DNA of 64,000 bases from Octopus vulgaris (lineage: Eukaryota). The notes below the pieces were generated by a model, which worked only from the letters and a program-made list of their open reading frames with translations, did not search any database and was not told where the DNA came from. The stretch covers positions 69,626,001-69,690,000 of the forward strand of contig OX597826.1 of assembly GCA_951406725.2 (NCBI GenBank), given 5' to 3'. The translations under genes were made by a program, and so were the position numbers. Positions 38,319 through 52,465 of this stretch are shown here, piece after piece (position 1 is the first letter of the stretch; each line of letters begins with the position of its first letter).

Positions 38319-38692
38319 TCCTGACTGTAACCGGGGGGCTACCACTGGCTATAGTTGGCAGTCGCTCCAACTGTCTCCATTAGACGTACCTTGATCACCA
38401 CCACCACCACCACCACCACCATCATCTTCGATTAGAAAGTGTGCATAAATATATATATATATGCTATTCTTAGATTTTTACAAAAACGGGATGGTTATTT
38501 AGTGAATGCCGTTGATCAGATACAATTCTGCTCATTCAGGCCTGACCTGGGGCTATACATAAACAAAACCGATGTTAAAATTTTCACTTTTTTTCGTTTA
38601 CAATCTCCATCATCACCAGACTCACTTCTTGCAACTATCTTCGCCATCAAAACGGGTTGAGGAAAAAATATGTCCCGGAAAGCTCGATGCAG

Positions 38693-38769
<77 letters not shown>

Positions 38770-39082
38770 TGTGTGTGCGTGTGCGTGTGTGTGTATGTGT
38801 GTAGATAGAGCTATGTATAGATATACATACACACACATATATATATGCATATATACATATACATATACATACATACTACACACTTACACATACATACAAA
38901 ACATAGTATATACACACACACACGTACAAACACACACACACAAGTGTACGTGTAGGTGTTTAAGTGTGTGTTTGTTTGTGTGTGTGTGTAGATAGATAAA
39001 TAGATAGAGCTATGTAGATATAGATATACACACACATATGTATACAATATGTATATATATATATATATATATAGTTAATCCA

Positions 39083-39127
<45 letters not shown>

Positions 39128-39435
39128 GTATATATATATGTATATATATATATACACACACATATATATATATACACACATATATATATATATATACGCA
39201 TATACATACTCCACACATACACATATATACAACACACATAGCACACACACACACACACACACATAGCACACACGCACATACACACATACACTTGTATGTG
39301 TAGGTGTAGGTGTTTAAGTATGTGTCTTTGTGTGCGTATGTAGATAGAGAAGACTATGTAGATACTGATATATGTATATATATATATACATATATACAAT
39401 ATATCTACAAATCTTATATATGTATGTGTACACAC

Positions 39436-39508
<73 letters not shown>

Positions 39509-39877
39509 TCTGTGTGTTTGCGTGTATACACATATTTTACTCACGACACACGCATACAAAACACACGCATGCAGGTATGTAAGTGTGTGTGTCTGTATGT
39601 TTGTATTGGGGATGAATTTAATAGAGGCATTTATCCTAATAGTTTCACTTCCACTCATATATCACTACTTTTAATGCTTCAAAGACATGCATTGCATGGA
39701 CGTGGAAGCCTGCATTCAGTAAGTAACCTCCCACATGTGTAATATAGGGATCGATAAACATCCTATGAACTTAAAACTATCTTCGCAGTTGGAAGGCAAA
39801 ATCTCCCTCTATGTTACATTGAGGAAATTTTATGAGTTCGAAACGTATCCTTTGCCTTCAACGATTGGCTTTAATAT

Positions 39878-40345
39878 ACTGGAAAGTTCTGAGGAGGGGT
39901 AGAGACTTCCTGGATAGTTCCGAGAAAGGGGAGGAAGGGGAAAAGTAATTCCTGGAAAAGTCCGAAGAGGGGTAGAAACTTCCTGGAAACTTCCGAGAGG
40001 AAGGGTGAAAGGGAAGAAGGAATTCCCGGAGGGTTCCAAGGATGGGGATAGGGACGTCCTCGAAAGTTCCGAGGGTGGGGAGGGTGGGGAGGAAGGATTT
40101 CCTGGAAAATTCCGATGAAGGTGTAGGCACTTCCTGGAAACTTCCGAGAGGAAGGGTGGAGGAGAAGAAGGACTTCCCGGAGGGTTCCAAGGATGGGGAT
40201 AGGGACTTCCTCGAAAGTTCCGAAGATGGGGAGGGTGGGGAGGAAGGAAGGACTTCCTGAAAGTTCCGAAAAAGGGGAAGGTGGGGAAAATGACCTCCTG
40301 GAAAAGTCTGAAGTGGGAGTTGGGACTTCCTGTAAGACTTTCAAA
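39878..40345. repeat. Array of ~14 copies of core ACTTCCTGGAAAGTTCCGA separated by purine-rich spacers
   Basis: Examples: acttcctggatagttccgag, aattcctggaaaagtccga, acttcctggaaacttccgag, atttcctggaaaattccga. Contains an internal ~150-bp duplication. Confidence 0.85.
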
Positions 40346-40464
40346 TCTTCCTATAATAATAATGTATATGCGTTGAGATGTTTGTTGTCCTCTTTAAGAA
40401 TTATATGTAGGAGAGAAGGAGAGAGAGGGGGGAAAGTGATCCCGTTATTGCCAGGACTATCAAA

Positions 40465-40705
40465 TATTGTTATACATCGCTGGTCACAATGCGCTTTGCA
40501 TGGTCTTAGCTTCCGAATGACGCCACTCCGCTTGCGAGGCGTGCAAGCCAACATTTCCTCACCTCGACCGAAAGGGAGACTGAAGCAACGTGAAGTGAAA
40601 TGTTATGTTAAAAGAACACAACACAATCCCTGATCAGGGAATCGAACCAGCAATCGTATAGCGATCGTGAGTGCAACAGCCTAACTACTAGGCCATACGC
40701 CTTCC
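40465..40705 (-). mobile_element. tRNA-derived SINE family D (a related plus-strand copy lies at ~51425-51700)
   Basis: Minus head gaaggcgtatggcctagtagttaggc...ggttcgattccc, then gtgttgtgttc core; tail ggcgtcattcggaagcta shared with 51620. Confidence 0.65.
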
Positions 40706-41148
40706 CCCTCCCCCACACACGTATGTATGAATATATGTATGTCATTGTTCAGTTTTATTTCAAGATTTCTTGACAGTAGAGAAAGAGTTGGTTTCTAACC
40801 TAGATTCAAGGCTCCTTCATTAGAATTTCAACATCAACAACAGGGTATTTTTGTTTCTATGTATGTATGCATGTATGTATATATGTAGAGTTTACGAAAA
40901 AAAACGAAAGACGAAGACAGGTGGTGTACAAAACAAACAGATCTATTAGTATAACGCTCAGGAATAAATAAAGTCTTTTACGTTTCGAGCCTACGCTCTT
41001 CTACAGAAAGGGACACAGAAAGCAACAAGGAGAGGTATGGAAGAATGGATGCATGTATGTATTTATCTGTGCAGATTTCTATGTTTTGCTTTATGTATGT
41101 ATTCTCATGCATATAGCTGCATATTTAGACATGCTCATATGTACGTAA

Positions 41149-41179
<31 letters not shown>

Positions 41180-41224
41180 TGTATGTATGTATGTATGTAT
41201 GTATGTATGTATGTATGTATGTAT

Positions 41225-41455
41225 GGCGGCGAGCTGGCAGAAACGTTGGCACGCCGGGCGAAATGCGTAGCCGTATTTCGTCTGCCGTTACGTTCTGAGT
41301 TCAAATTCCGCCGAGGTCAACTTTGCCTTTCATCCTTTCGAGGTCGATAAATTAAGTACCAGTTACGCACTGGGGTCGATGTAATCGACTTAATCCGTTT
41401 GTCTGTCCTTGTTTGTCCCCTCTGTGTTTAACCCCTTGTGGGTAGTAAAGAAATA
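41225..41455 (+). mobile_element. SINE family B monomer (reference-like copy) in a (TATG)n tract
   Basis: Complete head, body and tail ending cccttgtgggtagtaaagaaat. Confidence 0.9.
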
Positions 41456-42964
41456 TGTATGTATGTATGCATGCATGAATGTATGTATGGACGACAGCTT
41501 CCCCACAGGTTTCAACTGCAGTTACTCGGAATACATTGGTAGTCCGTGGATTATTATAGAAGACATTGGCAAAATGCCGTGAAGTGGAACTTGACTCGAA
41601 ATCATATGGTTGTAATTAAATTTCTTAACCATACTAACTTGTTTGTACTTGTATAAAATATAAATATTTTTTTAGCATTTTATCACTTTCATTTCAACAG
41701 CAACCTCAGCGTTTTGCGCAGAAAAATTCGCCATGACAAGCTTCTTCGACTAATTTTAAATAATTAGGAGCTGAGTAGAAAAATAATGTTAGTCGATGAT
41801 TAATGATAGCGTTAATTGTTTGGGCAAGTACAGAAAATAACTTTAGACAATATCTCAGCAATTGCTTTCATTTGTTAATTTTCTAAAAAACAAAAATTCA
41901 CAATGACAGTTGGTCATTATTATTCTACACTTGGCTTTCTACACTTGTGTTTCTAAACCTGTTTATTCTACGCCATTCTCTCATACAACGTCGAGGAGAT
42001 CTAATATATCCGAAACATGAACGCAATTGTCTCCCTTGCTTGCTGGAACAATTAAAAAATCGACATAGTCATTGATAACTATGAGCGCTTTCGTCTCACC
42101 TCATTATTATATTTAATAAACATTCTTTTTTTATTATTTTGCTCTGGATAAACTATATTAACACTACTATTGACCACTATTTCTAATATCTGACATAAAT
42201 TTGTATCACGCCTCCTCATTGGTTCAATAAATATGCACAGCTATATGAAGGAATATAGAAATTAACCTCCAAGGGCTATTGTGTTTATAACATGTTTGGA
42301 CAGAATTCGTACAACAGACCAGCGGAAGGCACTGAAGTTATGGAATTTTATACATTGTAGGCAAATAATCATATGTGTGCATATGTGCAAAGGCTGCGTG
42401 TGTGTGTGTGCGTGTGTATAGTGTGGGTGTGTGTGCGTGCTGTGCAGGAGTATAGGTAAACTGAATAAACTGAAGACAAACACAGATATGTATTTGCATC
42501 TATCTCAATTCTTCCCTTTGTCTCACTCTTACATTGCGCATGCGCATTCACACTGATTGTAATATGCATACACACATGCATACCATATGTACATACATAT
42601 ATATGTATCTGTATATATATATGTATCTATATATATATATATACATATATATATGTGTGTGTGTGTGTATACACATACACGTATATGTGTGTGTGTATGT
42701 GTCTGTGTGTGTATAGCTACACACAGATATATATATACATGCACATATGTATACATGTGTTTATATATATATATATATATATGTATGTATAATTATATAT
42801 ATATATATGTGTGTGTGTGTATGTGCATGTGTCTGTGTGTGTATAGCTACACACACATATATACATATACACGCACATATATATATAGTGATAAATATAC
42901 ACGTATATATGAATATATATATATATTTATATATATATGAATAGATACATATATATATACACAC

Positions 42965-43024
<60 letters not shown>

Positions 43025-43089
43025 ATATATATATGTATGTATATATATATATATATGTATATATATGTATATATATGTACGTATGTAGG

Positions 43090-43130
<41 letters not shown>

Positions 43131-43739
43131 CATATATATATACAGACCAAAGAGAGAGAAAGACAGAGACAACGGCAGAAGGACGTACCCTCTGGCTAAG
43201 CCGGGTAGGCATTGCCTACCCGACCTAAATCAATGAATATTAATTATGAAACATAATAAGTACACCATTTCCAATTCGTTATTAAAATTCTAATTCAATG
43301 TATGGAACCGGGTAAAAGTGTACTATTTTTGTTTCAGACAGTCACAATTACCATTCCTTTCAAGTTCAGCGTCTGCGATTGTGTGTGATTGTGTGTGTCA
43401 GTGTATCCATACACCATTGTATACATGAATATATATATATACGTGTGTATATATGTGTATATTTGTATGTATGTATGTATGTATGTATGTATGTATGTAT
43501 GTATGTATGTATGTATGTATGTATGTATGTATGTATATATATATGTATGTGTGTGTGTGTAAATGGCGGTGTGATATTAATCACACTAATATATGTCCCC
43601 CATTCTGTCATTATAATGGAATAAGATCATCTTTATTCATTTATTCTATATTTCGTCCTTTGGTTCAATTTATATTCTCTACAAATGCATAAATACATAG
43701 ACGTATATACATATATGCACACATGTATACACACGTATG

Positions 43740-43781
<42 letters not shown>

Positions 43782-43789
43782 GTATATAT

Positions 43790-43907
<118 letters not shown>

Positions 43908-43939
43908 CATATATACATATATGTGTATATCGACATACC

Positions 43940-44240
43940 GGTGGATGGAGAACAACAATGTAAAAAGACTCCCTTCTGAAGAAGATCGTAAATCGATTTG
44001 GTCTAAGATAGGGAATGAAAAGATTATTTCAGCCATAATAGATCGAAGCTGAATGCTATCAGGAGCGAAAATTATATCAATTCCAACAATAAAACCTACA
44101 CTATGGCCTCCAAGAAGTTTACCAAAGCTATTGGAATGCTGCATAATTGAAAGGCACCGAGAAGAAACTAAACAGTTAGATAATACTGGTACAAGACCTG
44201 CACAACATCACTCATACTTATGTTTAAAAGAAGTATAGAA
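43940..44240 (+). pseudogene. Highly decayed RLE-LINE (R4-like) pre-RT fragment
   Basis: [17 protein letters not shown]...KFTKAIGMLHN*KAP, resembling the FW..IW / WKAPGPD region. Confidence 0.4.
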
Positions 44241-44354
44241 GACTACAGCGATATGTCACGTTCGTTTTCCATATCACAGAAATGTCTTGTGACCAAGAAG
44301 TGCAATAGTAATTCAGGAGAAATATATAATCCAATGCTTTGCCTCTAAATATTA

Positions 44355-44567
44355 CTCTGTACTCTCTTTTTTCCTCTCTTACTTGTTTCTGTCATTTGAC
44401 TGCGACCATGCTGGAGCACCGCCTTTAGTCGAGCAAATCGACCCCAGGACTTATTCTTTGGAAGCCTAGTACTTATTCTATCGTTCTCTTTTGCCGAACC
44501 ACTAAGTTACACCAGCATCGGTTGTCAAGCGATGTTGAGGGGGACAAACGCAGACACACAAGCACAC

Positions 44568-44654
<87 letters not shown>

Positions 44655-44757
44655 GCACGGATTTAGCGACGAAAATATTTTGACAAATTAAACTTAAATG
44701 TTGAAGTGAATCGAACGGCTTTTGTGTGTTTCTTAAATGGCTTATAAACACACACAT

Positions 44758-44797
<40 letters not shown>

Positions 44798-45934
44798 CAT
44801 ATACACGACGGGCTTCTTTCAGTTTCCGTCTACCAAATCCACTCACAAGGTTTTGGTCGGCTCGAGGCTATAGTGGAAGACACTTGCCCAAGGTGTCACG
44901 CAGTGGGAGTGAACCCGGTACCATGTGGTTGGTAAGCAAGCTACTTACCACACGCCACTCCTACGCATTATGTATAACCTTAACACAAGTTGCTCGAATT
45001 ATTTCTTCCAAGAAATCATGTGAACATCGGTCAGTAAATATATCTTTTATCTCTTATATTCGACCAGTTTCTGTCGTTTGACTGCGGCCATACTTGGGTA
45101 CTGCCTCAAAGAATATTAGTCGAGCGAATCAACCTCAGTACTTTTTTTAAAGCCTGGTATTCTATCGGTTTCTTTTGCCGAAACGCTAAGTTACGGGTAC
45201 GTAAACACGCCAGTACCACTGTTCAATTGGTAGTGGAGAACAACGCAGACACAAATAGACACATACATAGAGTTTTATATACGACGGGCTTCTTCCAGTT
45301 TCCGTCTCGAAATCCATCCTCAAGGCTACAGTCGGCTCGTGGTAATAGTAGAAGACACTTGCCCAAGATGCCACGCAGTGAGATTGAACCGGGAGCCATG
45401 TGGTTCAAAGGCAAACATCTTACCACACAGCCACGCATGCGCCTGACGGCGAAAAACCGTTTTTGCTTCTGACAAAGAATGTTATATCTCTCTGACTAAA
45501 GATACGACGTTTTCTTCATTATATACTCTTTTACTTGTTTCAGTCATTTGACTGCGGCCATGCTGGAGCACCGCCTTTAGTCGAGCAAATCAACCCCGGG
45601 ACTTATTCTTTGTAAGCCCAGTACATATTCTATCGGACTCTTTTGCCGAACCGCTAAGTGATGGGGACGTAAACACACCAGCATCGGTTGTCAAGCAATG
45701 CTAGGGGGACAAACACAGACACAGACACACAAACACACACACACACATACATATATATATACATATATACGACAGGCTTCTTTCAGTTTCCGTCAACCAA
45801 ATCCACTCACAAGGCATTGGTCGGCCCGGGGTTATAGCAGAAGACACTTGCCCAAGATGCCACTCAGTGGGACTGAACCCGGAACCATGTGGTTGGCTAG
45901 CAAGCTACTTACCACACAGCCACTCCTGCGCCTA
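44355..45934 (-). mobile_element. Cluster of SINE family A copies (~44355-44965, 45065-45445, 45525-45934)
   Basis: Repeated tail, core and head motifs as at 12131. Confidence 0.82.
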
Positions 45935-47488
45935 TATATCATGACATATTTTATTTATCTCATTCAAACTAATGAACTAAATATGGTTGTATTGCTGAGA
46001 GTGATAAAAAAAGCCATCAACAACAACAACAACAAAAGAGCATCTACGCAGCCTCTGTATTTGCTAAACCTATATAATATTCCAAGCCGTTTCTATTGAA
46101 AGGCTTGCAAACACATGATTGACCATCCTCTCCGGTGTAAATCCATTGTAAATGAAAGCGCAACGACTGTCTGTGTCTCTGATGTTATAAATCTTTCGAA
46201 GGTAATATTTCAAGAAGTCTATCTGTCTCTGCTTTTATATTTATTTCGTAGCACTAAATTTATTGCGATTTTCTTTTCAGTCTTTCATTTCTGTTTTTCT
46301 TTCTTTTCTTTTTTTTTCTTTTTTTTTTTTTTTGTTTCCCTTTAAATCTGGTTATATACATATTAGGCCTTTATAACAGCAAGTAGCACCAATGTCATCG
46401 GTAATTTCTTTGAAGATATTCTAAAGAAATATACTGTAAATGTTTGTAATGCTGAGAAACAGCTGGATATAATAACAATATTTTAGCTGATATATAGAAG
46501 AAATTTAGCCACAAGACATGCTCGTATATTCTTGGTGAATGTGAAAAGAAAGAAACAAACCATTTTCCAAACAAAAAAAATATGAATATCGATGGTCTCT
46601 GTATTTTTTCTGTTCCTCACAGCGATTACTACAAATACCAAGGAATTGACAAAAATATATCATAGAAAAATTGCTGCGAACAAAGCTACGGAGATCAAAG
46701 TGTATTAGTCCAAATATTGTGTTTAATATGATAATCAGTGCTTTTGTCTTACAAGACAAATATCCAACTGTCAGTAAATATTTTGTTCACCAATTTCTCT
46801 ACATCGGCAAAAATATATTTCGGATTAGTTTATAACATCGGTGGTATTCGTCACTGACGAGAATAAACCGGGTCGAAACACGATATCTGGCGCTCCAACG
46901 CCGCTCAGTGCAGAAGGCTGTGTTTTTCACACCTAAGTCTCTTTGAAAGGTTTCTCTGAGACGAAATGTTACAGCTAACGCCATTTCACGTGTCTCTTTT
47001 ACTCTCATTTCGTTGTTTCAGTCATTTGACTGTAGCCATGCTGGAGCAACGCCTTCTCCGAAATTGCTGACCTTGTGTGAAAATTTAAAATCATTGTTAA
47101 CACTGCAAAGAGCGGCAATCTGGCAGAATTGTTAACACGTCGGCAGCGAACTGGCAGAAACGTTAGCACACCGGGTGAAATGCTTAGTGATATTTCGACT
47201 GTCTACGTTCTAAGTTCAAATTCCGCCGAGGTCAACTTTACCTTTCATCCTTTCGGGATGAATGTGGAGGAAGTGTGTGTATGATGGGGGGATAGAGGGA
47301 TGGAGAAGGTGAAAGAGAGAGAATATGGGTGTGTGTATTTTTTCTTCTTTTCTTTTTTCCCTTTTGGATCCTTTTGTCTTACGACAGGGACATGAGATTT
47401 GACAGGCACAGGGAGGAATATAAATGTTGCATGGAACGTAGTCGAAGCAAGAAAGAATGGTCAGGCTTGGCCGAACACCGGTCACGTG

Positions 47489-47543
<55 letters not shown>

Positions 47544-47894
47544 CGGGCTCTTTCCGTTTCCGTTTACCAAATCCACTCACAAGGCTTTCGTCGGCTATAA
47601 TAGAAGACACTTGCGCAATGTGCCACGCAGTGGGACTGAACCCGGAACCATGTAGTTGGTAAGTAAGCTGCTTACCACACAGCCACTTCTGCGCCTATGT
47701 ATGTAGTTTAATAATGATATATTTCAGAGTCTATTTTGGGACATATGTAAATAGATACATATACATGTTTCTATGGTGTATATACATATGTATATATATA
47801 TATATAAACACATGCACACACGAGCAGACAGAAGCATGATTCAAAAAACCCTACATATATATACATATAGAAATATACATACAGATACATGAAT

Positions 47895-48083
47895 ACATGC
47901 ACACACACACACATACATACATAGACACATACATACATACATACATATATACATACATACATACATGCATACATACATACATACATACATACATACATAC
48001 AAATATACATACATACATACACACATACATACATACATACATACATACATACATACATACATACATACACACATACACATACA

Positions 48084-48117
<34 letters not shown>

Positions 48118-48200
48118 CATACATACATATATACACACATACATACATACAATCATTCATACATACAATCATTCATACATACATACATACATACATACAC

Positions 48201-48233
<33 letters not shown>

Positions 48234-48349
48234 CATACATACATACATACACACACATACATACATACATACATACATACATACATACATACATACATAC
48301 ATACATACATACATACACACATACATACATACATACATACATACATACA

Positions 48350-48380
<31 letters not shown>

Positions 48381-48512
48381 CACACATACATACATACATA
48401 CATACATACATACATACATACATACATACATACATACACACACACATACATACATACATACATACATACATACATACATACATACACACATACATACACA
48501 CATACATACATA
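47895..48512. repeat. (TACA)n microsatellite
   Basis: Direct inspection. Confidence 0.95.
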
Positions 48513-49115
48513 CGTAAGTACGTACGTACGTTCGTTTAAAAATCAGATGGTCTGCATTCATTCAATATGACCATGTAAGAATATTTTGAAGAAATTGTAT
48601 TGTAATATTTGGCATCGATCATTGCTCCCTCTCCGCTCGCTCATACCCGCCTGCCTCACCACCCAGGAGAATAAAGAATCAAAAATTCTTTTCTTTTTGG
48701 CACAGCCGTGGCGAATTGGCAAATGTGTAAGGTTTTGGAAGAAATACAATTGCAGAGCTGAGAAAAAAGCAGCACCTCAGGGGAGCATTCGCCATACTAA
48801 ATACACATACGGTAGGCTCTTACATGTGTAATATAGTGTGTAATAAGGCAGTTCAAATTATAGTGAGTTAAATGGAGGAAAAAATAGAATTGTGATTATC
48901 CATATAATTAATGTACTCGACTCCTTTTGGCGCTGTAAAGAGTTGTAAAACAACAATCAAGGGAGGTAACTTAAGTAACGCCGCCCTGTTGATATCTTTA
49001 AGAAAAGACGATCCAAATGGGATTGTCTTTATTTTTAAGACCAAGCGTTGTCAGCAACAGGCCTGTTTTAGTTTTGCCAACTGAGGCGAATACGCAGCGC
49101 TGAAGAGGTCCAGTA

Positions 49116-49705
49116 CCGTTAGCATGCCGGGCGAAATGCATAGACGTATTTCGTCTGCCGCTACGTTCTGAGTTCAAATTCTGCAGAGGTCGACTTTGCC
49201 TTTCATCCTTTCGGGGTCGATTAAAATAAGTACCAGTTACACATTGAGGTCGATATAATCGACTTAATCCGTATGTCTGTCCTTGTTTGTCCTCTCTGTG
49301 TTTAGCCCCTTGTGGGTAGTAAAGAAATAGGTATTTCGTCTGTCTGTCTGTACGTTCTGAGTTCAAATTCCGCCGAGGTTGACTTTGCCTTTCATCCTTT
49401 CGGGGTCGATAAATTAGGTACCAGTTACACACTAGGGTCGATCTTATCGACTTAATCCCTTTGTTTGTCCTTGTTCGTCCCTTCTATGTTTAGTCTCTTG
49501 TGGGCAATAAAGAAATAAGAAATCGTTAAAACGGTGGGCGAAATGCTTAGTGGTATTTCGTCTGTTGCTATGTTCTGACTTCAAATTCCAGCGATGTCGA
49601 CTTTGCCTTTCATCCTTTCGAGGCCCATAAATTGAGTAATGGGGTCAATGTAATTGACTACCTCCCTCCCCCAAATTTCAGACCTAGTACCTATAGTAGA
49701 AAGGA
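49116..49705 (+). mobile_element. SINE family B trimer
   Basis: Junctions aaagaaatag|gtatttcgtctg (~49331) and aaagaaataa|gaaatcgtta (~49519); the last unit has the alternative tail ccccaaatttc...agtagaaag. Confidence 0.85.
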
Positions 49706-49723
49706 TTAATATCACCATTATCA

Positions 49724-50170
49724 TCACATCCGAGGCCTCGCTGGCACACCGGTTTCAGAGTCGAATGTTTTATGTATTGTGCCATCATAGCTGCGTATGA
49801 TCAAAGGACCAGTGTCATTGTTAAGTTCTTCATTGAACAATCCAACAAAGATATCGCTTGTTGGTGCTTCAATGAAAGGTTGCCGACCACAGTGTTTTAG
49901 TCGTAACATTTTGCTGATGGCCACTTTGGAATACATTACGGAAGTACACTTAAAATCCCTTTAAAGGTCACAGAGGACATTGTTCTAGTTCTGTAGACCT
50001 TTTCGGAAGGCATCATATAATTGCGACTCTAAATGTTAAGCTGATGTTCTACAAGGTTACTGATGCGAGGTTTTGAAGATTTTGTTTTTCATTCCCTTCG
50101 AAATCGCTCTTAATTGTGGTTTGGACTCTTTGACTGTTCTTTCTAGTATGTTAGACAACCTGTTAAGGTT
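49724..50170 (-). pseudogene. Possible Penelope-like RT relic
   Basis: APTSDIFVGLFNEELNNDTGPLIIRSYDGTI resembles the P..ANIFMG..EE....P....RYVDDTF region; a hammerhead-like motif lies ~200 bp away. Confidence 0.3.
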
Positions 50171-50228
50171 TCACCTCTTTGTGTATAAATGTACACTAAT
50201 TTTTATGTATGTATGTATATGTATATAT

Positions 50229-50303
<75 letters not shown>

Positions 50304-51780
50304 GGGAGAATTCACACGTTGTGTAGACAACAAACAGATGTATTAGTATAACGCTCGGGAAGTGAAAAAATCTTTAACGTTTCGAGCCTACGCTTTTCTA
50401 CAGAAAGAATGTGTAGTGGCTAGCGATCTATCATGGCGAAGGCCGGACAGAATGGTCACACATGAGAGCTAGGGAGAAGGGGAGATAATAACGTAGTGGT
50501 GTGATAGTCATATCATTCCAGTTCGAAGTTCAAATAAAGAAATAATGTTAAGAAACGTTCCTAGTACTACTTTGGTTTTTATTTCAGTAAAATGAATTTT
50601 GTAATTTTTCCCTGAGTTTCTAGGAGACAAACATTATAAGTAGTTGTCTCTCTTCTTTTCCCACGTTATGCCTAGAGGAGTCGGCGTTCATGGACTTTGA
50701 AGCCAATGTCTGAGGGATCCTGAATTTTCGTGGTAAAGATACAGCAGTTGTTTCCCGTTGCCTTCTATCGATCGATTCATCCACATTTGTTTCACGCTGT
50801 GTAGAACTTGTTCTTGAGGTACAGACATCATCTTACTCTTAAACAAGGTGGACCAAATAACGTGTTATCATGACATGTCCACAGACATATGGATATGTGT
50901 GTAACACATGTCTTGGAACCGACCTTATTTCTGAGTCCAGCATGACTTAACCACAAGACCATCATCTGCTTATTGATCCATATTTGGTGCGTACGTGTAA
51001 ACTTGCAGATGTTTTAACTTGCTCAAATTAAAAGATTTCTCCAGTGTTATAATCAATGACAGAATTCCCATAAAACATATTCTCAATTGTCCACAAATAA
51101 GATTTGTGGTAGACAATCTTTGGTTATGTTTCGAATAAAATGTACCGGCAGACTTAGCATATAACGATCGCAGACGTCTTAATGGTTTTGTGATGTTTCC
51201 CAGGTTAGCGCAACGCAAAACATTTCACCGAACATCGTCTCTTCTCGAAGGACAAGGTCTTTTGTAACATTAAACATCATCTCATTATCATTATTGCAAT
51301 TATATATGGCGCCTGGATCTCATTGAGTGCACAAATAATCGTTTTCTGTCATAGACTCTAACATCATTCATCACTTAAGCATCGCCGACATAGCTGCTAA
51401 TTATGTAAACAACCCTGTGTGTGTGTGGAAGCACACGGCCTACTGTTTCGGATGTTGTATTCACGATCGCCGGTTCATGACTTCGATTCCTGGACAGGGC
51501 GGTTGCGTTGTGTTCTTAAGCAAAACACTTCATTTCCCGTTGTTGCAATTCACTCAGCTGTTAATGGGTAACTCTGTGACAAGGGAGAATCTTGGCCTGC
51601 TCACCCGGCTAGCGGGGTAGCGTCATTCGAAAGCTAATACAACATGAAGTCCACTGGGACAAGTGATGTATAAGAACATCCGATAGCCAAGACGATACCG
51701 TCATATGTGTGTATGTGTTATGCATGTGAACATTATAAAGAAATAAACTCAAACTGGTACCCTGTCGTACTCCACATGTT

Positions 51781-52364
51781 CTTTTCTACTCTAGGCACAA
51801 GGCCCGAAATTTTATAGGAGAGCGCCAGTCGATTAGATCGACCTCAGTATGCAACTGGTATTTAATTTATCGATCCCGAAAAGATGAAAGGCAATGTCAA
51901 CCTCAGCGGAATTTTAACTCAGAACATAAAGACAGACGAAATACTGCTAAGCATTTCGCCTGGCGTGCTAACGTTCCTTATTTCTTTATTGCCCACAAGG
52001 GGCTAAACATAGAGGGACAAACATAGGGATTAATTCAATGAAGTAACTGGTACTTAATTTACCGACCCCGAAAGGATGAAAGGCAACGTCAGCGGAATTT
52101 GAACTCAGAACGTAACAGCAGACGAAATAACAATTTCTTTACTGTCCACAAGGGTCTACACATAGAAGGGACAAACAAGGACAGGCAAACGTATTAAGTC
52201 GATTATATCGACCCCAGTTCGTAACTGGTACTTGTTTAATCGACCCCAAAAGGATGAAAGGCAAAGTCGACCTCGGCGGAATTTGAACTCAGAACGTAAC
52301 GGCAGATGAAATACCGCTAGGCCTTTCGCCCGACGTGCTAACGTTTCTGCCAGCTCGCTGCCTT
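51781..52364 (-). mobile_element. SINE family B trimer
   Basis: Head at 52320-52364; junctions at ~52130 and ~51977; alternative tail cttttctactctaggcacaaggcccgaaat. Confidence 0.82.
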
Positions 52365-52465
52365 GTCGTACTCCATATATTACCGCATAATTTACGAACA
52401 GAGCTTTTCACAATTCATTAAAATGTTCCGGGATATCGAAGGCCAAAATACCCAACTCTTCAACG

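Noticed and set aside
39878-40345. CRISPR-like repeat-spacer array
   Set aside because: Eukaryotic context with no cas genes; spacers are low-complexity, variable in length and partly duplicated.
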